The notes under the pieces: model-generated
Told to the model about the DNA's origin: nothing
The model's input: only the letters and a program-made list of their open reading frames with translations
Databases searched by the model: none
Origin: an uncultured Bartonella sp.
GTDB lineage: Bacteria; Pseudomonadota; Alphaproteobacteria; Rhizobiales; Rhizobiaceae
DNA length: 64,000 nucleotides
Reading direction: 5' to 3'
Assembly (NCBI GenBank): GCA_946480935.1
Contig: CAMLLT010000001.1
Coordinates: 1,889-65,888 of the forward strand
Shown: one piece after another, positions 42,209-53,987 of the stretch
How positions within the stretch are numbered: the stretch's first letter is position 1
How the letters are laid out: each line of letters begins with the position of its first letter
Made by a program: the position numbers and the translations under genes

Positions 42209-43763
42209 CCTCAATCCCTTCAAAACCAAATTTTTTCAATTTATTGTACAATGTTCTAATCGGGAGCTTCAGCTGTTCTGCTGCTCTCACGCGAGACCCA
42301 TTATTCATTTCAATAGCGTCAAGCAAAATCTGCTTTTCGAACGAGTTGCAAGCTGTTCGGAAACCTTGAGTAAATGCGGTTGTTACTGGGGTTATTTTAT
42401 TTACTACGCTGTTATCATGATAAACAGAACGGATTGTATTTGTGTTGATTGATCCGATTTGTTCAGATACGCGGCACACATGAGTGATCAATGAGCGTAA
42501 TTGACGCACGTTTCCATCGTACTCTAACTGAGTTAATAACTGTATAGAGTTTGCGTCCAAATTAAAGTGTGTTCCCAAATTTTTGTTATATTCTTCTACA
42601 AATGAGATTGCTAAAGCCTCAATATCATTAATGCGGCGCCATAATGGATCAATTGATATTCTGCTTTCTGCCAACCGATAATAAAGATCTTTACGAAATA
42701 CATCCGTTAATATCATTTTCGGAAGATCTTTATGCGTGGCGGAAACAATCCGCGCATTGAAAGGAGTTTCGATTGTCGCCCCGACGGGAACAAACTTTTT
42801 TTCCTCCAACACGCGTAATAATTTTGCTTGAAGTTCAAATGGCAAATCGCCGATTTCATCCAAAAATAAAGTACCATTTTCGGCGCGTTTAAAATAACCA
42901 TCTTTATCTTTATTAGCCCCTGTAAAGGCGCCCTTAACGTGTCCAAAAAGTTCGCTTTCGATAAGGTTTCGATTTAGCGAAGCGACATTAACGGCCATAA
43001 AAGGTCCGTTACGGTTTTCCGAGTAATAATGAAGTTGTTTTGCTACAAGTTCTTTGCCCGTTCCCGTATCTCCTTGGATCAAAACGGAAAGCCTCATGGG
43101 GGCTAATTTTAAAATGTCATCACGAACCTTAACGATATTCTTTGAGTTCCCAATAATTTTTAATGAAAGATGATTACGCTTAATTATGCTTTGTTTCTTA
43201 ACTTCATTAGACAAAGTGTCTACTGCTTTTTGCAAGTGAACTTTTCTGAACTTTTCTTGATCACTACTTGCTTTCATCAAGTTAAGGGAAGAGCAGTAAT
43301 TGGCATATTTTTGTGCCACTATAAGACGGTTTTCAGTCAGTAAGTTCACATCGGCTGTAATGATAAAAAAAAGATCAGGATAACTTGCGAGGTTATGGCG
43401 ACCAGGGATAATCATGAAGCCCGTATCAGGAGAATCCGGGAAAAATTTTTGTTTAATTAATTTCATAATACCATAGTTATTCTTATTCAAAACATGAATG
43501 TTTTTTTGCTTGAATAACCAACTTAATGGGTCATTTTTATTTTCGCAGTCTTCAATATTTATAATTTTGAAGCTATTTTTTGGGGGCCAAGCGGCTAACT
43601 CTACGTAATTTTCAAATGTCTCATCACGTCCGATAATTGTTGCTTTAATTGCATTGAAGAAATCATACATTGTATGAACCATATGGCTTCTGAGCGATTT
43701 CAATTCGTCAATCAAAATCTCTTCACTGCACCTAGTAATAATTTCGGACAATGGAAAATTCAT
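42192..43763 (-). CDS. vasH: Sigma54-dependent enhancer-binding protein, VasH/Sfa-like
   Basis: GDTGTGKE, ESELFGHVKGAFTGA, FLDEIGD, Fis-type HTH; lies between clpV and vasI. Confidence 0.85.
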   Translation of the reverse strand: MNFPLSEIITRCSEEILIDELKSLRSHMVHTMYDFFNAIKATIIGRDETFENYVELAAWPPKNSFKIINIEDCENKNDPLSWLFKQKNIHVLNKNNYGIMKLIKQKFFPDSPDTGFMIIPGRHNLASYPDLFFIITADVNLLTENRLIVAQKYANYCSSLNLMKASSDQEKFRKVHLQKAVDTLSNEVKKQSIIKRNHLSLKIIGNSKNIVKVRDDILKLAPMRLSVLIQGDTGTGKELVAKQLHYYSENRNGPFMAVNVASLNRNLIESELFGHVKGAFTGANKDKDGYFKRAENGTLFLDEIGDLPFELQAKLLRVLEEKKFVPVGATIETPFNARIVSATHKDLPKMILTDVFRKDLYYRLAESRISIDPLWRRINDIEALAISFVEEYNKNLGTHFNLDANSIQLLTQLEYDGNVRQLRSLITHVCRVSEQIGSINTNTIRSVYHDNSVVNKITPVTTAFTQGFRTACNSFEKQILLDAIEMNNGSRVRAAEQLKLPIRTLYNKLKKFGFEGIEDEKLE

Positions 43764-46423
43764 TTAGCAGCCTCTAAAACAAGAGGCTCTGCATATTCGA
43801 AAGTAAAGGTAAACTCTCCACTATCATTATCGAAGTCTACGAGCGCTTTTTTTAAAGTCTTTTCAGAGAGACGGCTTTCGAGGATAGTTCTTGAAATTTC
43901 AGGAATAATTCGTTTTTGTAAAAGTTGTTCAATTAGCCGTGCGCCCCCCGCTGTATCGTCGCAAAGTGTTTCAAAATAATGAATAGCTTCATCTGATATT
44001 GAAAACATTAAACCTTGCTTTTCAAAGAACAAAGCTTTTAACTCATTAATTTTATAATCTATAATTTCTTTAACGACTTCTTTACTGAGTGGGAGGTAGA
44101 CAATAGGGTCTATTCTCGCAAATAATGCGGGTTTAAAATAGTTTATTAAAATTGGACTGATGTGATTCAGTATTGCATCGGATGTAATATTATTATCTTG
44201 GTTAACGAGATCAATTATCTGTTCACTCGCTAAATTTGAACTCATAAAAAATATGACGTTTTTGCAATCAATATCACGACCTTCTCCATCCGTTAGAATA
44301 CCTTTGTCAAAAACTTGATAAAATAGATTAATAACGTCCGGATCCGCTTTTTCAATTTCATCCAACAACACGACAGAATAAGGTTTCTTTCTTATAGCTT
44401 CGGTGAGTTTTCCTCCCTCACCATATCCTACATAGCCGGGAGGTGATCCTATCAAGCGAGAGACGGTATGTTTCTCTTGGAACTCGGTCATATTGACAGT
44501 AGTCATAAATTGTTCACTGCCAAACAATTTTTTTGCTACTTCAATTGCAGTTTGTGTCTTCCCCGTGCCTGTCGAACCGACGAGAAGAAAGACACCGAGT
44601 GGACGTCCGGTTTTTTGCAGATCCAGACGTGAAGCCTGCAGACGTTCCTGAATAATTTGAAGAGCGTGATCTTGTCCTTTGATAACTTGTCCGATTTTTT
44701 CTTTTAAATTCAAAAGAGTTTCGATGTCGTTTTGCGCCATTTTTGAGACAGGTATCCCAGTCCAATCAGAAATAACTGACGCAATTTCTTCCGGTCCAAC
44801 TTCCAAACTGATCAAAGTTTCATCTTTGCGAGCTCTATCAAATTGCTGATTAGCGTTTTTAATACGTTCACGCATCTCAGTAGATTTTTCTTCTCCTATA
44901 TTTTTATCACGGAGTTCTTTCAGTTCTTCCGCGAGCTGCTTTTGCTTTCTGTGCATTGCGAGCAGCCGTTCTCTCTCGTCACTATCGGTTTTTAGTTTTT
45001 TTTCGATCAGATCAATTTTTTCGTAAATTGACTTATCATCGTGTCCTGCATCTAGATCGCGTATCAGCCGTTCTTTTTCGCGTGAAAACGAGGCTATTTC
45101 TTGGTTTAATTTTTCAATCACCAATGGAACGCCGGTCAAACCACCCCGTACACGTGCACACGCGGTGTCTAATACATCGATGGCCTTGTCGGGTAATTGG
45201 CGTCCAGTTATATAACGTGAAGATAGTTTTACTGCAGCTTCAACTCCGACGTCACTGATATAAATTCCGTCATGGGCTTTTTCGTATGCTGGCACGAGAC
45301 CTCGAATGATAGTACATGCTTGTTCGAGAGATGGTTCGTCCAATTTAACGAGTTGAAAACGCCGTGTTAAAGCGGGGTCTTTTTCAAAATATTTTTTATA
45401 TTCTGACCAAGTTGTTGCCGCGATTGTTTTTATTTCGCCTCTGGCCAAAGCAGGTTTTAATAAATTTGCAGCATCATTCCCTCCGACCTCACCTCCTGCA
45501 CCAACCAATGTGTGGGCTTCGTCGATGAATAAAATTATCTGATGGCCCGAATTTTTTACTTCGTCTAGAACTGATTTCAGGCGTTTTTCAAATTCTCCTT
45601 TCACTGATGCGCCAGCTCCAAGTGCCCCCATATCAAGGCCATAGATTTCAGCGCCTTGCAAACTATTGGGCACATCGTTATGGACAATTTTATACGCTAG
45701 TCCTTCAACGACAGCAGTTTTCCCAACGCCAGCTTCCCCTACACAAATAGGATTGTTTTTACGTCGGCGAGCTAGAATATCGATTATTTGACGAATTTCA
45801 TTATCGCGGCAGAATACCGGGTCAATACGACCGTCCCGTGCTTGCTGAGTAAAATTTTCTGCATATTTTTCCAGTGCACTTTCAGAATGAGAGGACTTAA
45901 CTGTTGACGGAATTTTTTCATTTTTGTTTTTATGTACTTCTTCTATTGACCCTGATGTGGATGTTGCAAAGTTTTTTGAAAGGTTGTCATGTGGAATTCG
46001 ATCTAACAAATCGATATATTCATATCTACAGAAACGCCCGGCATCGCGAATGATCGCCAGTAAAATTGCACCACTTCTTATCAATTGTTCATTAAACTCT
46101 AATGAAGTAATCATCCAAGATGATTCAAGCATTTCGAACAATAATGGAGACAATATCGGAAGCTCCCCATTGCTCGAACGAAAACGAGAAAAGCTTTTTT
46201 TCAGTTGTTCTGTAAAAATATCGATATCCAAATCGAAATTGCGAAATATCCAACGAATGTCGTTACCGTTTTGTTCGCATAATGAAATCAGAAAGTGCTC
46301 AATCATAACCTCTCTATGACCAGCTGATACACAAAGATTTGTTGCCTCAGTCAATGCAACGTGGCAAGCCTCTGATAAACGGTCAACAATTCGTCTCCTA
46401 TTATCAACGATAGCCATGATCAA
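43760..46423 (-). CDS. tssH: T6SS ATPase ClpV
   Basis: Two AAA+ modules ([16 protein letters not shown]), [24 protein letters not shown]. Confidence 0.96.
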   Translation of the reverse strand: MIMAIVDNRRRIVDRLSEACHVALTEATNLCVSAGHREVMIEHFLISLCEQNGNDIRWIFRNFDLDIDIFTEQLKKSFSRFRSSNGELPILSPLLFEMLESSWMITSLEFNEQLIRSGAILLAIIRDAGRFCRYEYIDLLDRIPHDNLSKNFATSTSGSIEEVHKNKNEKIPSTVKSSHSESALEKYAENFTQQARDGRIDPVFCRDNEIRQIIDILARRRKNNPICVGEAGVGKTAVVEGLAYKIVHNDVPNSLQGAEIYGLDMGALGAGASVKGEFEKRLKSVLDEVKNSGHQIILFIDEAHTLVGAGGEVGGNDAANLLKPALARGEIKTIAATTWSEYKKYFEKDPALTRRFQLVKLDEPSLEQACTIIRGLVPAYEKAHDGIYISDVGVEAAVKLSSRYITGRQLPDKAIDVLDTACARVRGGLTGVPLVIEKLNQEIASFSREKERLIRDLDAGHDDKSIYEKIDLIEKKLKTDSDERERLLAMHRKQKQLAEELKELRDKNIGEEKSTEMRERIKNANQQFDRARKDETLISLEVGPEEIASVISDWTGIPVSKMAQNDIETLLNLKEKIGQVIKGQDHALQIIQERLQASRLDLQKTGRPLGVFLLVGSTGTGKTQTAIEVAKKLFGSEQFMTTVNMTEFQEKHTVSRLIGSPPGYVGYGEGGKLTEAIRKKPYSVVLLDEIEKADPDVINLFYQVFDKGILTDGEGRDIDCKNVIFFMSSNLASEQIIDLVNQDNNITSDAILNHISPILINYFKPALFARIDPIVYLPLSKEVVKEIIDYKINELKALFFEKQGLMFSISDEAIHYFETLCDDTAGGARLIEQLLQKRIIPEISRTILESRLSEKTLKKALVDFDNDSGEFTFTFEYAEPLVLEAAK

Positions 46424-47280
46424 TCTCCTTTCAATACGTGAGACAAGTCGTTGATGATCCCGTTAGTGTAATTTTCAGTGTAGAAGAAATAGCCTAGGTA
46501 CATTATAATTGCGATTATTAATGCGAATGAAATTACCGCAATAACGGGCGTTTGCCATTTAACGAAGTGGTCTTTTGGAACTATATTAGAGGAATCGAAC
46601 GTGGAGAATTCGGGGGGATATCCTCTCTCTTTGCGTATAATATCATGTATTTCTTGCATGAAGGCTTCGAGCTTGAGTTTCCCGTTGTGCTCCGGGCGGA
46701 ATTTTCCTTCATACCCCAAGACCATGCATAGATATAAAAATTCTAGGATATCAATATACCGTTTTGCTTCGTCTGATAAACGCTCTGCTACAATGAAAAA
46801 TTTTTCACCTCCCCACGTTTCCTGATGATAAATTGATAAAAGACTCTTTTGTGCCCATCCACTTTTTTCTCCCCAGTCGGTTGCTAGTACTGTTTCGTCA
46901 ATAAAACTGCACATACAATAACTAAATGCAATTTGCGTTGAACGGTCATACGCTTCTTTGTGGAGCTCAAGGATGATTGTATCCAGTTCACTACGGCATC
47001 GTTTGTGTAAATCTTCCACTTCATCATAATCAGAGAGTGAAGATATTCTCATTATCAACGCTATTAGGGGTGAAGCAGCATCAATAATCTTGTTTATTGA
47101 CATACCACGAATAGCAAAAGAAAAATCAGGTCGATTTACGACTATTTTTTTCAATGATTTTTGCTCTAAGACGGGACTCTTTTTTGAAGCGGCTTCGCTG
47201 TCATCATCAGCAATATAAAAGTTGTCAGTTTCAAAAATCGTCGGGACTTCATTTGTTGTTGTGTTGTTGGTACCGCTCAT
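46420..47280 (-). CDS. tssL: T6SS TssL (DotU)
   Basis: YCMCSFIDE, SLLS..HQETWGGEKFF, LGYEGKF, single C-terminal TM. Confidence 0.95.
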   Translation of the reverse strand: MSGTNNTTTNEVPTIFETDNFYIADDDSEAASKKSPVLEQKSLKKIVVNRPDFSFAIRGMSINKIIDAASPLIALIMRISSLSDYDEVEDLHKRCRSELDTIILELHKEAYDRSTQIAFSYCMCSFIDETVLATDWGEKSGWAQKSLLSIYHQETWGGEKFFIVAERLSDEAKRYIDILEFLYLCMVLGYEGKFRPEHNGKLKLEAFMQEIHDIIRKERGYPPEFSTFDSSNIVPKDHFVKWQTPVIAVISFALIIAIIMYLGYFFYTENYTNGIINDLSHVLKGD

Positions 47281-48650
47281 GCCGTTCCTCCATTATTTTT
47301 ACGCCCTCGAATAGCCCAAAACTGCATATCAAGATCGGGAAACTCACCTGCAATATGGAAAGCGAACCCCGACGACTTTTCGAGGCTTTTCCAACCGCTT
47401 GAGTTATGGTCCAAATAAAAATACGTGTAATCAGCATGGTAAGGCAGCTGACGGGGGGCCGTTGGCATGGGTTGTAAACTAACGCCTGGAAGATGCGATT
47501 TGACCAAATCACGAATTTTATCAATCGAAGATATTTTGACCTGCGTCGGAAATATCCTGGCTAGCTGATCGCGTGGTATTGATGCTTTGACAGCTAGTAC
47601 GAACGAACACTGGTCAATAAGCCGATCGTCGGAAACCGCAGCTGTATAAAACCCAAATTCATGAGGTGTGAGCTTGAGGGAAATAGCATTCGGTTCGAGC
47701 ATCACACTTAAAGATTTGCGTAATGAATTGATAAGAGGTTGAAAGCACACATGTGGTTTTTCATGGTGATAAATAGGCCAACTTTCGGGAATGCGCCCAT
47801 CATGAGTAAATGTTGCTAATTCGCCAGCTGCGCTTGCAAATAATTCATAAAGTCGTTCCGGGTGAACTCTCTGGATAGTGCTGTAATGGTTGAAGACAGG
47901 CGATAATCGGTTGGTAACCTGTAGCAACATAAAATCGGCAACATCAGCAACGCTATTTTGGGAAAGTTGCCCAAGTCGTTCAGAAATTTGGTGCGATCTT
48001 TGTTGTAACAATCCTGTAAAATCATCCAAGGTTCTTCCTAATTGAGGGATGGCCTGAATGTCATATGCCATTGGCATAAATTCTCGATCCAGAATGATGC
48101 TTCCATCACTACGTTTTTCTTTAACACGTGCAATTGGTATGCAACTGTACGAACTCCGGTCTTCTCGTTCCATCATTAGCGTTAAACGCAACTGACCAAC
48201 TTGAATTTCCCAAGGATCGGCATCAGCACTCGTAACATCACGTGTTTCTTGATTAAATATGGTAAGCCGTGCAGATTCCTCCGCATTTCCCTCGGTTAAT
48301 ATTTCAGGAACCCCGTTTGTCCATAACGGCAAACAAAGATATATTACTTCATTGACGATATTTTTTTCACCAATATCTAAAGCAGGTGGCGGTGGAGCTT
48401 CGTTCGGAATCTCGAAGACTGTTCGGTCAGGAAAAATTCCAATAGCTGAAACAATTGTTATCCTGCCATGCAAGAGGTTTTCTTGATTGATCTCAATAGC
48501 CTCCAACCCGTATTGATATGCGTTAATTGCATCACTGCGGCGACGAATGACGTAGTCATGATATCGAGATTGCTGCTGAAAATGATTGGGACGAATAAAC
48601 TGTCCGTCAGTCCATAAAGGGGGATTACGATTTGACACTGATATCTCCAT
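47277..48650 (-). CDS. tssK: T6SS baseplate TssK
   Basis: WTDGQFIRPNHFQQQ, HPERLY, APRQLPYH, QFWAIR. Confidence 0.96.
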   Translation of the reverse strand: MEISVSNRNPPLWTDGQFIRPNHFQQQSRYHDYVIRRRSDAINAYQYGLEAIEINQENLLHGRITIVSAIGIFPDRTVFEIPNEAPPPPALDIGEKNIVNEVIYLCLPLWTNGVPEILTEGNAEESARLTIFNQETRDVTSADADPWEIQVGQLRLTLMMEREDRSSYSCIPIARVKEKRSDGSIILDREFMPMAYDIQAIPQLGRTLDDFTGLLQQRSHQISERLGQLSQNSVADVADFMLLQVTNRLSPVFNHYSTIQRVHPERLYELFASAAGELATFTHDGRIPESWPIYHHEKPHVCFQPLINSLRKSLSVMLEPNAISLKLTPHEFGFYTAAVSDDRLIDQCSFVLAVKASIPRDQLARIFPTQVKISSIDKIRDLVKSHLPGVSLQPMPTAPRQLPYHADYTYFYLDHNSSGWKSLEKSSGFAFHIAGEFPDLDMQFWAIRGRKNNGGTA

Positions 48651-49195
48651 TATCTATGCACTTGCACAGAAACGCCTTTCGAAGTGATAGGAATTAATAT
48701 TTTGTATTGTTCTCCAATTGGATTGACTTTTTCAGTCGCTTTCCACGTCACTTTATCCATGTTGCCATAAGCAACTGCCACGCCGATAAATCCGGTATCT
48801 TCAGTAAATTTGAATGGTGTCATTACTGTTGATTCTCCCGGATTAACCTGTTTGTTCATGTGACGAATGTAAGAAGTTTCCAAAGCGCTCTTAGGGTTCT
48901 CAAACAATGAAAAATAATCAGCATTGTTCAATTCGTCGGGGTCCTTAAGTTGGAATACGAACACGTTTACAGGGGCGTCACCATATTCGGATTTATTTGC
49001 ATTCTGATCGGCATAAAGAGTAATTTGTGCCGTTGAAGGTTTATCCGTGTTTTGTTGTCCTACTGGTAGATCGGGATTAGCCATAATCTTGCCCATTTTG
49101 CTCATAGCCTGCATGGATTTAGAAGGAGCACAGGCTGCGACCGACATCAGAGCCAATCCCAATGCAATACATGATACGATTGATCTCAATGACAT
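48650..49195 (-). CDS. tssJ: T6SS lipoprotein TssJ
   Basis: Lipobox VAAC, VFQLKD, ADYFSL, IGVAVAY. Confidence 0.9.
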   Translation of the reverse strand: MSLRSIVSCIALGLALMSVAACAPSKSMQAMSKMGKIMANPDLPVGQQNTDKPSTAQITLYADQNANKSEYGDAPVNVFVFQLKDPDELNNADYFSLFENPKSALETSYIRHMNKQVNPGESTVMTPFKFTEDTGFIGVAVAYGNMDKVTWKATEKVNPIGEQYKILIPITSKGVSVQVHR

Positions 49196-49198
49196 AAT

Positions 49199-50716
49199 TT
49201 AACCTTCCACCGTCTGTCTACGCATTTCACGGTCATAGACTTGTCGGTAAACTTCCCAATACATGCGGCCAAGCCCGCCCTGTTGTTCTGATCTAATTTC
49301 GTTGTAATAATGTTGATACATTTGCCAATGCCATGCATCTAAATCTCCTGCGCGAGGAGCGTGTCCTTTGTATTTTTTAAAACGTTTAGCTAGCGCCAAA
49401 GGCCCCAATGCTCTCAGTACAGCGTCAAGAGCTTCCTCAGCTGCGATTTCACTGGCTTTTTCATGATATTGTATCAATTCAAGGCTTTCGCTAATAGCAG
49501 CAGCTGCTGATAAATGGACGGGGCTATTGATAAGAAACATATCCTTGATTGCTTCTTCGACCGATTTATCTAGGCGGAGTGGATTGTCCTCAATGGCGTG
49601 CAGGTGGGGTGGTGACAAATGACTTTTGTCCGAAAGTTCATGTTGATGAGCGGAAATTAATCCTTGAACTGTTGCCCTCACTGCCTCACCAACGTCTGCT
49701 AAGAGGCGATTGGCTTTAGGGACAGGCATCTTTTCAATTGGAAGGCCCATTGCCAAACATAAAGGCCGTAGAAGAACGTGATCAATCAATTCACCTTCTT
49801 CATCATCATTGCGTAATTCAATATCATTAAGATAATGATCGCGTGTTGAAATATCATCCAGATCCGATTTAGTTAATTTAGTTTCCGAACCCAAATTTGA
49901 TGCGATAGATTCAAGGTATTCATCGATATTTTCTTGATTTTTATTTTTCGTCATCTTTGGATTGACTTTCTTTCTGGTATTTTTTTTTATACTCAAAACA
50001 GGAAGATCCATATACGCCGACCCCGGTTGCAGGTCGTCGGGCACATCCAGCGTGGTTTCTTCCTCAGGTGCATCTTTTATGATGTCTTCAAGTTTACTTG
50101 CTGTTACGTCTTTTTCCGCGGAGAGATCTTTATCAATAAGCTTAATCGGGTCACGTTCGGTAGTCGATTTGCTTTCGTAATTCTCTTCAATTAAAGTAAT
50201 TGGGTCGGTTATTCGTTCACGTTTCTTCTTTTCTCGCGTACTAATTTTTTCAGGCCCTTTCATTGTTTCGTTTTGAAAAAAATTTTGTGCTGTTAGGCTT
50301 TCTTCATCACGATTATCAATGAGTGATCCGATTGACATGAATCGGCGTGCCCATCTAGCGCCGCGAGCTACTAGCGACTCTGTCTCTTCATCGGTCATCT
50401 CGACATAGGCTGTAAGTTCAAATTTACCGATTTTTAGAGTATCACCGTCTTTTATTTGAACGAGTTCTCCAGCAGGAATAAATGATTTTGCGTTATTAAT
50501 TGACAAACCCTTTTTAACGCTCGTTGCTAAACAAAATTGCTTATCTCTAAATGTAATTACAATATGTTTGTCTTTAATTGTGCCTGAATGGTCCACAATT
50601 TGCCACGTATTATTCTCGTCAGCACCAATCGTTCCGCCGTGCTCGTCAAAATCCTTAATGGCTGCGTAGCCTCCACTTAGGTCATCTGTATTATTGATCA
50701 CCAATCTCAAGTGCAT
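49199..50716 (-). CDS. tagH: T6SS FHA-domain protein (TagH/Fha)
   Basis: N-terminal FHA-like domain, EDNPLRL, W.MY..YY...YDREMR C-terminus. Confidence 0.85.
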   Translation of the reverse strand: MHLRLVINNTDDLSGGYAAIKDFDEHGGTIGADENNTWQIVDHSGTIKDKHIVITFRDKQFCLATSVKKGLSINNAKSFIPAGELVQIKDGDTLKIGKFELTAYVEMTDEETESLVARGARWARRFMSIGSLIDNRDEESLTAQNFFQNETMKGPEKISTREKKKRERITDPITLIEENYESKSTTERDPIKLIDKDLSAEKDVTASKLEDIIKDAPEEETTLDVPDDLQPGSAYMDLPVLSIKKNTRKKVNPKMTKNKNQENIDEYLESIASNLGSETKLTKSDLDDISTRDHYLNDIELRNDDEEGELIDHVLLRPLCLAMGLPIEKMPVPKANRLLADVGEAVRATVQGLISAHQHELSDKSHLSPPHLHAIEDNPLRLDKSVEEAIKDMFLINSPVHLSAAAAISESLELIQYHEKASEIAAEEALDAVLRALGPLALAKRFKKYKGHAPRAGDLDAWHWQMYQHYYNEIRSEQQGGLGRMYWEVYRQVYDREMRRQTVEG

Positions 50717-50718
50717 CT

Positions 50719-51744
50719 TTAACTCCGTACTTTTATAATCACATCACGCATTTCGGTGATGCGACCATCGCCAAGAAATGATGACCAACCAAGACGACTG
50801 GGGCTGTTTTTTTCAAGAGTAAGTGGATGGGCTTCTTTAGGCTTTAAACCTAGCTTAAGATCATAACCAAGTTGATCGCGAAACATGAATTCTACAAGAC
50901 CTCGCAAACTCTTGAAATCTTTGCCATGAGGTAAAAAGTCTTGGAATCTCTTGAAATCAAGATTGCCGATAACAATCCGAATTTTACTTTGAACATCTGG
51001 TGAATATTGTCCGACCACCATATTACAGCCTAGCTCAGAGTTACTATGTCCAATTTGGGTCAATTGGTTAGCTGGAATTTGGACTTTTCTTTTTGTCCAT
51101 TCCTCAATACGGACATCCGTCAAATTGAACGCGCGAGCTATTACTGTCGAAATCAAAGCTGGTGATCGGTTACGCGTTGCCATCAAGCCTGCAAAACATA
51201 AGAGTCTTGGCCAATAAACACTAGTGAAATTGCGGGAATCCGGATCACCTAATCCAAACATAGAATAAATCCATGTTGAAAAACGATCTTTCCCTTTCGG
51301 TTGATATTTTCGATGGTACCGTGATCGTTTCCAGGAACGATAAAAAAGACCGACCAAACGATTATGGAAGTAATCAAAAAAATCTTTAATTACCGACTGA
51401 TCCTGTTCGTATTGGGCTATTTGTTCCGCAAAATAGGTTGGCAAGGGAGTTGATGAACCATGTAAACCTAGAAATGTAACTTTTAATTTGTATCTTGGAC
51501 AATCCTTTTCATGAAAGGGTGCGATAAATTTAATGCGTGAAATATCTGATGTCGGAAAGCCAAGGCCGGAATCGACTTCAAATAATATTTTTTCATCAAT
51601 AGCATGCAAATGTGTACCGACTTCGATTCCTCCATCAATGGTCTTTTCAATCAATTCGATCGCTTCGAATGCGGAGAAATAGCGCGCTTTTCTATCAAGA
51701 AACCCGCTAAAATTAATCAGGCTTCTCTTATTTTCGCTGGCCAT
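50719..51744 (-). CDS. tssG: T6SS baseplate TssG
   Basis: LGFPTSDI, FLGLHGSSTPLP, FFDYFHNRL, LGWSSFLG. Confidence 0.95.
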   Translation of the reverse strand: MASENKRSLINFSGFLDRKARYFSAFEAIELIEKTIDGGIEVGTHLHAIDEKILFEVDSGLGFPTSDISRIKFIAPFHEKDCPRYKLKVTFLGLHGSSTPLPTYFAEQIAQYEQDQSVIKDFFDYFHNRLVGLFYRSWKRSRYHRKYQPKGKDRFSTWIYSMFGLGDPDSRNFTSVYWPRLLCFAGLMATRNRSPALISTVIARAFNLTDVRIEEWTKRKVQIPANQLTQIGHSNSELGCNMVVGQYSPDVQSKIRIVIGNLDFKRFQDFLPHGKDFKSLRGLVEFMFRDQLGYDLKLGLKPKEAHPLTLEKNSPSRLGWSSFLGDGRITEMRDVIIKVRS

Positions 51745-53471
51745 CTATAGACCTCCCCATTTTCTACGTTATGTACCTCTAATTCATGAAATGAGTTTAC
51801 TGTCGCATAGAGTGCAAAGAATTCAGACAGAATTGACATAAAAAGATACATGTCACCTTCAGTTTGAAATGCGCTTTCTCGGACATTCAATATTGACTTC
51901 AAACCTTTGATCATAAGATTTTTATGAATCAACGTGTGAGGTTTTGTCGTCAGCGATAAAATACCATCAATACGTTGTTTAGCTGCTCGTCTTTCTGCAG
52001 ACTTAGTAAGACTTTGAAAGTCGTATATCATCAGGATTGCCGAAAGCGATTCAAGATTTAGTAAGGATGTATAATTGAGAGATAAATTAGAGAGGCTATG
52101 CCAATTAAGGGTGGCGTCTAATGGCGGGTAAACTGGTTTGGTAGGCCGCGTAATATTTTTCGCGGTTACAAAGCGAATAGATTGGTCATAAAATTCATTT
52201 ATATCACCAAATGCTAATTCATCGCATCCTTCTCTATTAAAGCATGTTAGTCCAATTGATATAACCTCTTCCGAAGGCACTATTTCATCTGAATTGTGTA
52301 GAATAAAAGAAATGTCGTAATCAAAGCCGTTATTTTTTTTCGATATATTTGGTCGACCCGAATAAAATATCTGCTCTCCAACATATTGCGCATTGATTTC
52401 GTGATTAAAAGATTCAAAAGAATAATATTGGCGCAACAGTGTACGATGTGGGCCATCAGTGCTAATTCGTTGTCCTCTAACATCATCAATTGAGAAAATT
52501 TCAAACAAATCAGGAGCGAACCCCATTGGTCTAACGCGATAGCTTGTTTTTGTATGATCTACTAATAGCGGTTCGGCATCTGTTTCAAAAAGATTGACAG
52601 CCGGAACACAATAGAGATTTAGATTATCTGTTTTTATGCGTATATCCTGCGGAAGGTTACGCTCAAACGTCAGTTCTATATCAAACTCATCATCTGTAAT
52701 TGAAGATAAATAATGATTAAGACCAGAAAAGTTATATCCATAAAATTTGTTTGGAAGAATAAAGTATTCTTGCAAAAGTCGATGGCCATCAAATGCAGTT
52801 GAATGTTGAGGCAATATAGCATCATCATATTTAAAACCCATCGGCAATATGCAAGTCCTGGGTAAGATCTTTCGCGCTCCGTCTTTTGAAACGATCGTCG
52901 CATGCTTAAGATACCGGCCTATCCAAAGATATAGTAATTGCTGTGATGACGTATCACCAGTGATTGTGAGGTTAAAATAGTCGACGCCTATTTCATTAAT
53001 CGGTATGTTCGAGAGGCTTTTGAAATTAATCTTAATAAGATTATCGTTATTTACACGATTAAGGACGACGTTTTCTATATTCATTGGATAAATTAGGCAA
53101 TCTGATGTCGTCCGAAACAAACGTTGTGTTCCCCTCACAGGCTTTGATTTTAATAAAGTATCTTTTTGCAATATTCTGTTTGTTCTTAAATTTAAGACAG
53201 AAGGGGTAAACTTGATAATTGTTGATGAAGGAAATGCCCGCAAAAAGTTGGGCCAAAGCAATTGAATGATCGAGAGAGTAAAATTATCTTCTTCTTTGGC
53301 GATCTCCTCTCGAGTCATAGATGTCAAATAAGCAAGGCCTTCAGTAACCCTTTCTACGTCGGGGTCGACATTATTCGCCCCCATATAGGGCGCCAACTTC
53401 GGGTTCTTTTTGACAAATTGGCTACCGCCGACCCGCAAATATTCTAATTCGTCACCAAATAACCGGTTCAT
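51717..53471 (-). CDS. tssF: T6SS baseplate TssF
   Basis: ELEYLR, DPDVERV.EG, LLQEYF..P.KF, C.PAVNLF, YATVNSF. Confidence 0.95.
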   Translation of the reverse strand: MNRLFGDELEYLRVGGSQFVKKNPKLAPYMGANNVDPDVERVTEGLAYLTSMTREEIAKEEDNFTLSIIQLLWPNFLRAFPSSTIIKFTPSVLNLRTNRILQKDTLLKSKPVRGTQRLFRTTSDCLIYPMNIENVVLNRVNNDNLIKINFKSLSNIPINEIGVDYFNLTITGDTSSQQLLYLWIGRYLKHATIVSKDGARKILPRTCILPMGFKYDDAILPQHSTAFDGHRLLQEYFILPNKFYGYNFSGLNHYLSSITDDEFDIELTFERNLPQDIRIKTDNLNLYCVPAVNLFETDAEPLLVDHTKTSYRVRPMGFAPDLFEIFSIDDVRGQRISTDGPHRTLLRQYYSFESFNHEINAQYVGEQIFYSGRPNISKKNNGFDYDISFILHNSDEIVPSEEVISIGLTCFNREGCDELAFGDINEFYDQSIRFVTAKNITRPTKPVYPPLDATLNWHSLSNLSLNYTSLLNLESLSAILMIYDFQSLTKSAERRAAKQRIDGILSLTTKPHTLIHKNLMIKGLKSILNVRESAFQTEGDMYLFMSILSEFFALYATVNSFHELEVHNVENGEVYRWPAKIREA

Positions 53472-53504
53472 CTATTCACCATACCAACTCAAACAAAATT
53501 CGTT

Positions 53505-53987
53505 TTATGAGGGACGAAAATGCCCGTCCCGCATAGCCATTTCTATTCTTATTTTTTCTTCCGAACTTTCCACACATAGATTAGCTGTTATTATGAAATC
53601 TAAATCCAAAGGACTGTTTGGATCAGATGCGGATCGAACTTCAACGCCTTTCAGTCGGGGCTCAGCTATAGTGACGCATCTACGTACTGCATCAACTAGT
53701 TGCTTTGATACTTCCAACGTGCTCACTGTACTGTGATTGAAATCTGGAATGCCTAGTAATAAATTGGAAGGCGCCCCTCCTGAATGAACGTTTAGAGCTC
53801 TATCCAGATTTCGTTTAATCGAACGTATCACACCATCAACACTATATTGATAAGATGCTATTCCAAGCTCTTCTTCATCGTCTATAAGCCGATCAAGTAA
53901 GCTACCACTTGCTCCTCGCGTCATAGAGTCCAACACATTTTTCATACTGGAGCTGTCAAATTGGCGTGGCGAGTTGTATATTTTCAT
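53505..53987 (-). CDS. tssE: T6SS baseplate TssE
   Basis: SLLDRL, LGIPDF, EPRL (gp25-like). Confidence 0.9.
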   Translation of the reverse strand: MKIYNSPRQFDSSSMKNVLDSMTRGASGSLLDRLIDDEEELGIASYQYSVDGVIRSIKRNLDRALNVHSGGAPSNLLLGIPDFNHSTVSTLEVSKQLVDAVRRCVTIAEPRLKGVEVRSASDPNSPLDLDFIITANLCVESSEEKIRIEMAMRDGHFRPS